DNA from: Pristiophorus japonicus
Lineage: Eukaryota
Length of the DNA stretch: 64,000 bases
Assembly (NCBI RefSeq): GCF_044704955.1
Contig: NC_091991.1
Span: forward strand, 21,266,001 to 21,330,000
Reading direction: 5' to 3'
Of the stretch, positions 36,873 through 48,809 are shown piece by piece. The notes below the pieces were generated by a model, which saw nothing but the letters and a program-made list of their open reading frames with translations, ran no database searches and was not told the DNA's origin. How positions within the stretch are numbered: position 1 is the stretch's first letter; the number at the start of each line of letters is the position of its first letter. The position numbers were made by a program, and so were the translations under genes.

Positions 36873-39800
36873 AAGAACATAAGAACTAGGAACAAGAGTA
36901 GGCCATACGGCCACACAAGCCTGCTCCGCCATTCAATAAGATCATGGCTGATCTGATCATGGACTCAGCTCCACTTCCCCACTTGCTCCCCATAACCCCA
37001 TATCGTTTAAGAAACTGTCTATTGTGAATGTAGGCACTCTGTTAATGACTCCACGCGGCAGGGGTATGGCACTTGAACTGTACAGACTGTAATCCTTTAT
37101 TGCATCTCCTAGAGTGAGGACACCAAGAGGTGAGCTCCCTTTTCTACTGGGTTACCTGCAGTGTACAAGTGACCCTTAGGTCTCTAGCAGCAGCACCCTC
37201 TGATGTACAGATAAGGTATATACACAAGGTGAAGGTACATTCAGGTCTAGTGTTACAGTACATCAGTACATCATTGACATGCATACATAACAACACTCCC
37301 CCCTAAGCCTTTCCCAAGTCCTTATTGCCATGACATGGGGAGGTGATCAATAGTGGGCTGTGGGAGGTGGTGGTGAGGGTTGTGTGGGTGCCAGGTGTGA
37401 TCCCTGTGCTTGAGGCTGCCCTCATCCATTTCCCCCTGCCTCACACACAGACCATGTGGGTGTCACTGTTGGAGGATTCCTCAGTGGTGGAGCCAGTGCA
37501 ATGGGTAAGGTACATACACTGTAGAATGGGTAAGTGGTGGCATTTGATGGTGGGCAGGGCGACAGGGCTGTGTGGGGGTCCTTGTCCTCCATTGGTGGTG
37601 GCAGTCTGGTCATCCCAGCGTTTGCCGGGAAAGCTAGAGGGTACTAGCCTCTCGCTCCTGGTGCTGGCCCTGGTGGCCAGGGTGTGTAGGGCCGATCTGG
37701 GGCAGGTTGCCAGTGGTGGTGGCTGTGCTGCCCATTGACTGCTGTCCCTGCAGTGGGTCTGCTCCCACTGGGTGTGTGTGAGCCCTTCCTGGGGCATCAC
37801 ATTTGTCCCAAAAGCCCAAGCTACATGGTCAGGTAGCCCGCTGGACCTGGGGGTCTCTCATGGGGGGTTTCCTCTGGCACTGACATTGTACCTGTAGAAC
37901 CTGGTGTCTTTTAACAGTCCACTTTTTACATTCATGACACATTGGCTCCGATCACAAATAGTGGATTCTACACTGTTATCTCGCTTCACATTATCACATT
38001 TAGCACTTACAATACTTTCTCGTGTATCGGTGTCTCCATACAGCGTTACATTTATCACATTAGCATTTCTAGTATCATCATTTAACAGTACAAACTTGTT
38101 GCTTACATCACTTTTACAAGTATTCATTACATTTTTTCCATTAGTTAATCTGGCATCACAATCTAACGTTACATTTGCATACCTGCATTCGCTTACTGCA
38201 CTTTTAACTTTAATGTCCTTGGCATCGCTGTGCCTAGAGAGAAACTGTCCCTTTAATTGCCTTGGGTTGCCGGTCTCCTTTAAGAGGGCCTTCCAATCCG
38301 GTTCGCCACTCGGTGTCATGTGTCACTCCTCCAACGCTGCCCCTCGTGGTCTGGTCGCGGCCATTTTGATTCTAGGTTCTTCGCCTCATGGTGCGGCCGC
38401 CATCTTCTCGCTCTCCTCGAGGTTGGCTGTGGTGATCTTTTTCTTCCCAGGTTCGGCCACAGACGTCGGGAATCCATCTTTTTCACCATTCTTCTTCTTT
38501 CGGAGTCCTGCCACGGCCCGGAGGGCGAGGTCTTGACATTCGGTTTGGGTGATCTCAACACGTTGTGCAGTCGTCGCCATGCAGTCGAGCTGGACGGTAG
38601 GATTTCTAGGTGCTGCGATGGATCCATGTTCAGGGCCACGTAGGATGTTGATCGCTGGGGCCCGGAGGCAGTTGTCGCTCCGACCGATTTGGACCTGCTT
38701 CATCCAACTTCTTCCCAGCAGCGCTGGACCATCGCCGGCAACGATCCACAGGGGGAGCTTGTACATCACGCCACCCTGGGACACCTGGACGTCCACGCTG
38801 GGATGATGCCTTTTGTATAGGTGAGCAGCTTTGCCTAGATTGGAGACAGTTTTGGTCGTTCGGCGGGATTGTTCCAAAGTTTTTCAAAGGTCATCTGGCT
38901 CATCAATGACTGACTCGCCCCTGTGTCAATCTCCATCGAAACTGGAACCCCGTTGATGTCCATTTCCATCTTCCACTGGGAACTCTCGGTGGCGCAGGTA
39001 TAAATTCCGTACTCTTCTTCCAGGGGCTGAGCAGCTTCGTCTTCATTAGTGATCGGCCAACTCTTCAGCGACACGGTGAGTAAAACCTTTTCTACACATT
39101 TGTTGAAGGTGACCTTTCGTGTTACAGCCTTTGCAGGTGTACTCTTTGTATCGGCATTGGTGGGCCCTGTGGTTTCCTCCACAGCGCCAGCACGGGGCTA
39201 GCCGGTTGTCCCCATGTGGCGGACTCAGGGTTGCGGGACTCAGGGCAGCAATTCTGCCTTTGAAAGTCGCCATTCTGTTCACAGCACTCGTCGGTTTAGA
39301 GTCCTGGGTGTGGGCCATAATTCGTTTGGAGTCGCAGAACGAAATCATGAAGGCATGGCTCACTTTGATTGCCTTCTACAGGGTGACCGTAATGTCCGTG
39401 GATAGCAATTTATGGAGGAAGCTCTCGTGGCCGATTCCAATAACGAATATGTCCCTTAGTGGTTAGGTGGTCGCCAAAATCACACGGTGCAGCCAACCTG
39501 TTTAGATCTGCAGCATACTTGGCAATTTCTTGGCCTTCGGGCTGCCGGTGAGTGTAAAACTGGTGCCTGGCTGAGAGGATGCTCTCTTTGGGTTTCAGTT
39601 GTTCTTGTATTAAAGTTATGAGCTCCACATAGGTCTTGGTTGTGGTCTTCGTGGGGCTAACAGGTCCCTGATGAGGCCACAGATAGTGGGCCCGCAACTG
39701 CCGAGCAGGATGGCGCTGCATTTGTTCGCCAACGTGGCCGGTGAATCCCCATCCAGGTCGTTCGCGATGAAGAAATGTTCTAACCTGTTCACGAAGGCGT

Positions 39801-40677
39801 CCCAATCTTCCCCATCGGTGAACTGTTGGAAGTTACTGAGATTAGACATGTTGTGCGTGGAATTCGTAACCTCGTCGCCAGTTATTGTGTATATAGGCAC
39901 TCAGAGGCAGGGTATGGCACTTGAACTGTACAGACTGTAGTCCTTTATTGCAGCTCCTAGAGTGAGGACACCAAGAGATGATCTCCCTTTTATACTGGGT
40001 TACCTGCAGTGTACAGGTGACCCTTAGGCCTCTAGCAGCAGCACCCTCTGGTGTACTGGTAAGGTATATACAGGGTGAAAGTACTTCTGGTCTAGTGTTA
40101 CAGTACATCAGTACATCATTGACATGCATACATAACACTGTCTATTTCTGTCTTAAATGTATTCAATGTCCCAGCTTCCACAGCTCTCTGAGGCAGCGAA
40201 TTCCACAGATTTACAACCCTCATCTCTGTTTTAAATGGGCAGCTCCTTATTCTAAGATCATGCCCTCTAGTTCTAGTTTCCCCCATCAGTGGAAACATCC
40301 TCTCTACATCCACCTTGTCAAGCCCCCTCATAATCTTATACATTTCGATAAAATCACCTCTCATTCTTCTGAATTCTAATGAGTAGAGGCCCAACCTACT
40401 CAACCTTCCCTCATAAGTCAACCCCCTCATCCCCGGAATCAACCTAGTGAACCTTCTCTGAACTGCCTCCAAAGTATATCCTTTCGTAAATATGGAAGCC
40501 AAAACTGCACGCAGTATTCCAGGTGTGGCCTCACCAATACCTTATGTAGCTGTAGCAAGACTTCCCTGCTTTTATACTCCATCCCCTTTGCAATAAAGGT
40601 CAACATACCATTGGGCTTCCTGATCACTTGCTGTACCTGCATACTATCCTTTTGTTTCATGCACAGGTACCCCCAGG
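36873..40677 (-). mobile_element. CR1 3' fragment split by LTR element D (36873-37019 and 40138-40677)
   Basis: CR1 tail at 36873 and LVRPHLEYCVQFW at about 40490-40535. Confidence 0.85.
37020..40137 (-). mobile_element. Non-autonomous Gypsy-derived LTR element D (gag, protease, unknown ORF; no RT/RH/IN)
   Basis: LTRs 37020-37292 and 39883-40137; TSD CTGTC (37015-37019, 40138-40142); PBS TGGCGACGAGG (tRNA-Ser(GCU)-like); gag, CWRCGGNH/CKGCNTKGH knuckles, EIDTGAS protease. Confidence 0.92.
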
Positions 40678-40821
40678 TTGAAGAGGACTCTAGCAACGAC
40701 TTTCCCAGTGGCTGATAACAGGGAGATTCCTCTGCAGTTGCCGCAGTCGGACTTTGTTAAAGATTTCTGAGTTCTCCTGGCATGCTCTCCTCCCTCCAGA
40801 TATGAGAGATGAGGTCTCTCT

Positions 40822-41910
40822 CACTAAACTATAGAACCAATGGGAATCTGTTCAACCTTCGTTACCTCCAGGCTAGATCCAAGGTCGTCCCATCCTCTGT
40901 CATCGAACTACAGTACATGGATGACACTTGCGTCTGCGCACATTCAGAAGCCGAACTCCAAGCCATCGTCAACATCCTCAACAAGGCATACCAAAGAATA
41001 GGCCTTACACTAAACATCCGTAAGACAAAGGTCTTCCACCAACCTGGCCACACAGCACTGCCCTCCCCTGGTTATCAAAACCCACGGCGCGGCCTTAGAC
41101 AACATGGACCATTTCCCATACCTTGGGAGCCTACAATCAGCATGGGCAGACATCGACAATGAGGTCCAACACTACCTCCAGTGTACCAGCGCAGCCTTCG
41201 GTCGTCTGAGGAAGAGTGTTTTTGAAGACCAGGATCTCAAATCTGGCACCAAGCTTATGGTTTACAGGGCAGTAGTGATACCCGCCCTCCTATATGGATC
41301 AGAGATGTGGACCATATACAGTAGACATTTCAAAGTGATGGAGAAGTACCATCAGTGCTGCCTCTGCAAGATCCTACAAATCCATTGGTAGCACAGACTC
41401 ACCAATGTCAGTGTTCTCGCTCAGGCCAACATCCCTAGCATCGAAGCATTGACCACACTCGATCAGCTCCGTTGGGTGGGCCACATCGTCCACATGCCCT
41501 ACACGAGACTCCCATAGCAAGTGCTCTACTCTGAACTCCTACACGGCAAGCGAGCCCCAGGTGTGCAGAGGAATCATTTCAAGGACACCCTCAAAGCCTC
41601 CTTGATAAAGTGCAACATCCCCACCGACACCTGGGAATCCCTGGCCCAAGAGCGCCCTAAGTGGAGTAAGAGCATCCAGGAAGGCGCTGAGCACCTCAAG
41701 TCTCGTCACCGAGAGCATGCAGAAACCAAGCGCAGACAGCGGAAGGAGCATGTGGAAAACCAGACTCCCCACCCACCCTTTCCTTCAACGACTGTCTATC
41801 CTACCTGTGACGGAGATTGTAATTCCCGTATTGGACTGTAGTCACCTGAGAACTCACTTTTAGAGTGGAAGTAAGTCTTCCTCGATTCCGAGGGACTGCC
41901 TATGATGATG
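40822..41910 (+). mobile_element. RTE (BovB-like) LINE 3' half, degenerate
   Basis: ELQYMDD, ALLYGSEMWT, CPTCD-like C-terminus, tail CCTATGATGATG. Confidence 0.88.
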
Positions 41911-42925
41911 AATTACTGTTGTAATGTAGGAAACATTGCAGCAACCAATTTGCACACAGCAAGCTCCCACAACAGCAATGTGATTTTGACCTGATAATCT
42001 GTTTTTGTGATGTTAATTGAGTGATAACATTGGCCAGGACACTGGGATAACTTCCCTGCTTTTCTTCAAAATAGTGACATTGGATCTTTTAAATCCACCC
42101 GGAGCAGTTTAACTTCTCATCCAAAAGACAGCAGCTCCAACAGTGCAGCACTCCCTCAAGGTCAGCTTAGATTTTTGTGCTCAAGTGTCTGGAGTGGGAT
42201 TTGAACCCACAATCTTCTGATTCAGAAACAAAGATGCTACCAACTGAGCCACTGTTGGCACTATGTAGCCATGTACTTTTTATAAAATGATGATGGTTTC
42301 TGTCTCTACCACCCTTTCAGGCAGGGATTTCCACGCCCTCACCACGCTCTCGGTGAAAAAAGTTCTCCTCAACTCCACTCGAATCCTGCTACCAATTACT
42401 TTAAACCTGGTTATTGACCTCTCTGCTAAGGAACGGTCATTGACCTGAAATGTTAACTCTCTTTCTCTATCCACAGATGCTACCTGACCTGCTGAGTATT
42501 TCCAGCATTTTCTGCTTTTATTTCAGATTTCCAGCATCCGCAGTATTTTGCTTTTGTAGACATAAGTCTAGTTTGATCAAAATGAAAGGAAACTCATAAT
42601 CCAAATCATAATATCACTATCCATGTCTATCACAAACTTCATACCCTGCGGTAGCCATCGGTTGTTGATGGCCCCAAGCATACCAGCGGACACTGCATGC
42701 TCCCTCTCCTGGGTTATCCGGACATGGACAACAGGCAGGCAGTCAGAGCAACCCTGCCCCCCGACCCCCACCCGCAGATCCCACGGCAGGTCCGTGCTGC
42801 TGGGTTAGGCAGAGGATACATTGGTTAGTGTTTCTGCTTTTAAGTGCAATCCAGCAACACCTGCTGGAATTGTGTGCGTGTGCATAGGAGAGAGGGAGTG
42901 GGGGGGGGGGGCACAACAGGCTCTG

Positions 42926-43542
42926 TGTAGGATTTCTAAATCTCTGGCATTAAATTGACAGCAAGACCGATTCTTTTAAAACAATTTGTAATAGTTTATT
43001 AAGCACACACATGCACATCTTATCAGCAGTCGTCAGCTATCCTACGGATCTACTTAGTTACAACAGATACAATGATGTTACAATAATGATTTATAAAAAG
43101 GTATACGTCACTTCCCTCTGGCAAAGCACACGATCTGCTTCTGGTCTGTAGAGGAAGGTCCTGCTTTTGCCATGTGCTTAAGAAAAGAGAGACCCAGCAA
43201 TCTTTGGCTTGACTTTTTATATCCGTTAAGGTCATTGTTTCTCAGAAAGCCTCAGGATTGGGTCTTGTTTCCAGGGCCGTACCTGTTTGGCTTCTCCTCA
43301 TACATGTGTCTGTCTGGAAGGATGGTGCCATTCCTTGATTAGGTTAATGGCTTTCCAATTAACACCTTTTCTAGTTTGGTGAGTTTCAAAGCTATGTTCC
43401 TTGAGCTCTGCCCAGCCAGAGGAGACATGAATTTGGGGAAGTCATCCATTTTGTTTCTTTCAAAACTGCAGCCTTTCCACATAATCTACATTTTTAACAT
43501 TTACCATCAATTTTATCATTACTAAACACTTTTATTCTTACA
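42926..43542 (-). mobile_element. Solo LTR (617 bp)
   Basis: TGTAGGAT..ATTCTTACA inverted termini; 4-bp TSD TCTG (42922-42925, 43543-43546); TATAAAA and AATAAA in the correct order on minus. Confidence 0.75.
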
Positions 43543-45167
43543 TCTGCTAGTATGCAGTCGAATACCCTGCTGAAAGAATAGACATTTGGGCAGATTACTA
43601 TGGATCTGTACCTATGTAATATTTGCGCTCCAAAAGTAATGTGTGAAGTGCTTTGAGACATTTTGACATGATGAGGGAGTGGATCAGTGTTAGTATTTCA
43701 AATATTTCTTTTAAGTATGGTGTATATCAAAACAGGTAATTTGTAAATCAAAATGAGTGATTGTCATTCCTGAGTAATGCTTAGTAGATTTGTTGTTAAC
43801 ACTTGCCTCTTTCATAGGTCATTACTCTTGCAACCCCACAAGGCTCCATTTGCACCAATCGCCCTTGATTCCCATAGAACAAGACAACAATTTGGAGGAA
43901 TGTTACTGAGAAGTAGGACTGCCATAGACTCCCTTATACCCAGAAGCCATTCTGAAATTTCTAAGTACAGGCACGAGGGACACAAAATTGTTCAGCCTTA
44001 GGAGGATATCACAGTTGAGACTGATCCAGTTCTAACCAACCATCCATACATACATGCACACATTAAGGCAGTACTCCCTGGATAGCAATCAAAAGCGGGA
44101 AGCTTGGTTTATTTCCCTTCTCCCTCCCTCCCAAGCCGAGGACCTGAAGAGAATTGTAGCATCTCAGCATGCTGTCTTTGATGAGATTTTCTAATCTAGC
44201 ACAGACTAGCGATCAAATTTAGAAACTTCTGATCTGTATTCATTTAACTAACTAAACCACTGGGGGATCCTTGTTTTCATAAAAAATAACTTGCCTTTAA
44301 TATATAAATATTTATCTGACTGTTCCAATACCCGCTGGCTGGCCTCCCATCTTCTATCCGGTAAAAACTGAATCTTATCCAAAACCAGTTCACCCATCAC
44401 ATCACCCCTGTGCTCGCTGACCTACATCAACGGTCCATCCTGGTCCATCAATGCTTCAAATTTAAAATTCTCATCCTTGTGTTCAAATCCTTCCCTATGT
44501 CTGTAACCTCCGATAGCCTTTCTAGAACTTTGTGTTCCTTCAATTCTGGCCTTTTGTGTGTCCCCGACTTCCTTCGCCCCACCATTGCTGGCCAAGCCTT
44601 CAGCTGTCTAAGCCCTAAAATTCACTCCCTAAACCACCCCACCTCTCAAGTTCTTTAAATCATGAAAAATACAGAGAGCTTTAGGGTTTAAATACATCTT
44701 TGAGCAAGCTTCTGGCCACATGTTCTAATATCATCTTCTTTGGCTCACTGTCAAGTTTTGTCTGATTATGCTCCTGTGAAGCACCTTGGGACATTAAAGG
44801 TGCTAGAAAAATGCAAGTTGTTGTTATAGTACTTCAACATATGCCAAAGAGCTTCACAACTAAGTTGCACAGCAGCAAATGAATGAATGGTCAGATAATC
44901 AACTTTTGGTGGTTGAGAGAGGAGTGCTGGCAAGGAGAGCTCTCTGGTTTTCTTCAAATTATGCCATGCAACCTTTTATGTCCACCTGAACAGACCTTGG
45001 TTTAACATCTTATCCAAACGACAGCACCTATGATCATGCAGCACTCTCTCGGTACTGCAATGACATGTCAGCCTAGATTATGTGTTAAGGTCCATAGTGG
45101 CACTTTGAACTCAGAAGCAAGAGTGTTCCCAACTGCCCCAAGATGACACAAAAAGCTTAATTATATC

Positions 45168-47405
45168 ATAGAAACGTAGAAAATAGGTGCAGGAGTAGGC
45201 CATTCGGCCCTTCGAGCCTGCACCGCCATTCAATAAGATCATGGCTGATCATTCCCTCAGTACCCCTTTCCTGTTTTCTCTCCATATCCCTTCAGCTCTT
45301 TAGCCGTAAGGACCATATCAAACTCCCTCTTAAATATATACAATGAACTGGCATCAACAACTCTGCGGCAGGGAATTCCACAGGTTAACAACTCTGAGTG
45401 AAGAAGGTTCTTCTAATCTCAGTCCTAAATGGCCTACCCCTTATCCTAAGACTATGTCCCCTGGTTCTGGACTTCCCCAACATCGGGAACATTCCCGCAT
45501 CTAACCTGTCCAGTCCTGTCAGAATCTTATTCCAGCCATCCCTGGAATCAGTCTGGTAAACCTTCGCTGCACTCCCTCAATAGCAAGAACGTCCTTCCTC
45601 AGATTGGGAGACCAAAACTAACACAATATTCCAGGCGAGGCCTCACCAAGGCCCTGTACAACTGCAGTAAGACCTCCCTGCTCCTCTACTCAAATCCCCT
45701 AGCTATGAAGGCCAACATACCATTTGCCTTCTTCACCGCCTGCTGCACCTGCATGCCAACTTTCAATGACTGATGAATCATGACACCCAGGTCTCGTTGC
45801 ACCTCCCCTTTTCCTAATCTGCCGCCATTCAGATAATATTCTGCCTTCGTGTTTTTGCCCCCAAAATGGATAACCTCACATTTATCCACATTATACTGCA
45901 TTTGCCCACTCACCTAACTTGTCCAAGTCACCCTGCAGCCTCTTAGCATCCTCCTCACAGCTCACACCGCCACCCAGTTTAGTGTCATCTGCAAACTTGG
46001 AGATATTACACACAATTCCTTCATCTAAATCGTTAATGTATATTGTAAAGAGCTGGGGTCCCAGCACTGAGCCCTGCGGCACCCCACTAGTCACTGCCTG
46101 CCATTCTGAAAAGGACCCGTTTATCCCGACTCTCTGCTTCCTGTCAACCAACCAGTTCTCTATCCACGTCAGTACATTACCCCCAATACCACATGCTTTG
46201 ATTTTGCACAGCAATCTCTTGTGCGGGACCTTGTCAAAAGCCTTTTGAAAGTCCAAATACACCACATCCACTGGTTCTCCCTTGTCCACTCTACTAGTTA
46301 CATCCTCAAAAAATTCCAGAAGATTCGTCAAGCATGATTTCCCTTTCATAAATCCATGCTGACTTGGACTGATCCTGTCACTGCTTTCCAAATGCGCTGC
46401 TATTTCATCCTTAATAATTGATTCCAACATTTTTCCCACGACTGATGTCAGGCTTTCCGGTCTATAATTTTCTCTCTTTTTTTTAAAAAGTGGTGTTACA
46501 TTAGCTACCCTCCAGTCCACAGGAACTGATCCAGAGTCAATAGACTGTTGGAAAACAATCACCAATGCATCCACTATTTCTAGGGCCACTTCCTTAAGTA
46601 CTCTGGGGTGCAGACTATCAGGCCCCGGGGATTTATCGGCCTTCAATCCCATCAATTTCCCTAACACAATTTCCTGCCTAATAAGGATATCGTTCAGTTC
46701 CTCCTTTTCACTAGACCCACTATCCCCTAGTACATCCGGAAGGTTTTTTGTATCTTTCTTCATGAAGCCAGAACCAAAATTTTTGTTCAATTGGTCTGCC
46801 ATTTCTTTGTTTCCCATTATAAATTCACCTGAATCTGACTGCAAGGGACCTACATTTGTCTTCACTAATCTTTTTCTCTTCACATATTTATAGAAGCTTT
46901 TGCAGTCAGTTTTTATGTTCCCTGCAAGCTTCCTCTTGTACTCTATTTTCTCCCTCTTAATTAAACCCTTAGTCCTCCTCTGTTGAATTCTAAATTTCTC
47001 CCAGTCCTCAGTTTTGTTGCTTTTTCTAGCCAATTTATATGCCTCTTCCTTGGTTTTAACACTATCCTTAATTTCCCTTGTTAGCCACGGTTGAGCCACC
47101 TTCCCAGTTTTATTTTTACTCCAGACAGGGATGTACAATTGCTGAAGTTCATCCATGTGATCTTTAAATGTTTGCCATTGCTTATCCACCTTCAACCCTC
47201 TAAGTGTCCTTTGCCAATCTATTCTAGCCAATTCACGCCTCATACCGTCGAAGTTACCTTTCCTTAAGTTCAGGACCCTAGTTTCCAAATTAACTGTGTC
47301 AGTCTCCATTTTACTAAAGAATTCTACCATATTACGATCACTCTTCCCCAAAGGACCTCGCACAACAAGATTGCTAATTAGTTCCTTCTCATTACACATC
47401 ACCCA
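45168..47405 (-). mobile_element. 5'-truncated CR1 LINE
   Basis: 503-aa ORF2 fragment 45891-47402 with RT motifs; CR1 tail at 45168. Confidence 0.92.
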
Positions 47406-48007
47406 AATTATAGGATTAATGCAGGAAACATAAGCATAACATTACAACATGGACTGCTAAAACTAACGTTGCCAAGCATGCACTCTAATCTCGCTAATTT
47501 AATTTTACTAATATGCTATATTGAGTGGAACTCAATTATACTGTCATTTTAAACCTGTGCTATGTTTGATTATTGAATGCAACTAAGTCGACGCTATGGT
47601 AATTCTGAAACTAAGATAATTGTGTTGACAATTGTATTAACATTGTTTGAAGTTGTAAAATTAAGGTGGTGTTAGTTGTATATTGAATTTTATCCCATCC
47701 AGTCCGCAGTATTTCTAGGGTGAGTTAGTGTTTGGTATCCCTGCCAGTGCTGAATCTTGCTTATGCTGTGGTCATGCTATGGCTGTGTCTTTATAAATAA
47801 GTTGGTTCATATAGGATGATTTCAGAGCTAAATTGGGAATCCTAATACAGTCTTAGCCATAAATCTGCATCATAGTCAATTAAAAAAAAAATTAATTCAT
47901 GGGATGTGGATGTCGCCAGCAAGGCCAACATTTATTGCCCATCCTTAATTGCCCGCGAGGTGGTGATGAAAAGCCTTCTTGAATACCAACTGAATGGCTT
48001 GCTTTAG

Positions 48008-48731
48008 TGTAAGAGGGTAAAAAATACAGATGGTCACCAAAATGGGTACTGAAGGTAGTGAATTGATCGGACACGTAAAATGATCCAGATTAAAAGGGCT
48101 CATCAGCATTCGGAGGTTGTGAGGAGTCAGAAGTTCCTCCACTGCAAGGTAGGGATTGTAAGATATTGCCTATTGATAGATTGTATGTAAAACTCACCTA
48201 TAAATGATAGAAAATGGCCGTATAACATAAAATGGAAATTTTAGATTTTCAAGATTTGAGGGAACTGCCTAGAATCAGGCTAAAGGGAGTAGCTTTTCTT
48301 GTGTGCTTATCTTTCACAGAATGTAGAACTAGCTATGAGAAACCGAGGCAAGGTTAACACTGTAGAACACATTCCAAAAGGCTGAGATCGGTCCCATATG
48401 CTATGGGAGATATGGAGGTTGTGAAACCACTCAGCAGCCAGTCTAAGGTTAACGAATCAATGTAGCTCTGCTAATAAGCTGTCGGCCACCCGGTGGTCAT
48501 AGAAGGTTTTGCAGGAGGGTTGCACAGCTCGAAAACTGTATAAGTGCGTGTGTGTAGAAGCCTTGTTCATTGAACGTTCATTTGGAACGCTTCCTCAGCA
48601 TATACTTGAATAAAGATCGGAATATTGAACCAAAGTTTCGTCTGAGTGATTCCGTGGTTGCTATATGGGCTGGTGTCGACAACCTTATTTCAGGGAATCC
48701 ACCTTGAAGAAAAGTTTTTTTTACCCCAACA
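48008..48731 (+). mobile_element. Solo LTR (724 bp)
   Basis: TG..CA with imperfect inverted termini (TGTAAGAGGGTAAAAAA / TTTTTTACCCCAACA); TSD TTTAG (48003-48007, 48732-48736); TATAAG near 48539 and AATAAA near 48609; interrupts an older repeat. Confidence 0.8.
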
Positions 48732-48809
48732 TTTAGCCATTTCAGAGGGCAATTAAGAGTCAACCACATTGCTGTGGGTCTGTAGTCACATATAAGCCAG
48801 ACTAGTCAG

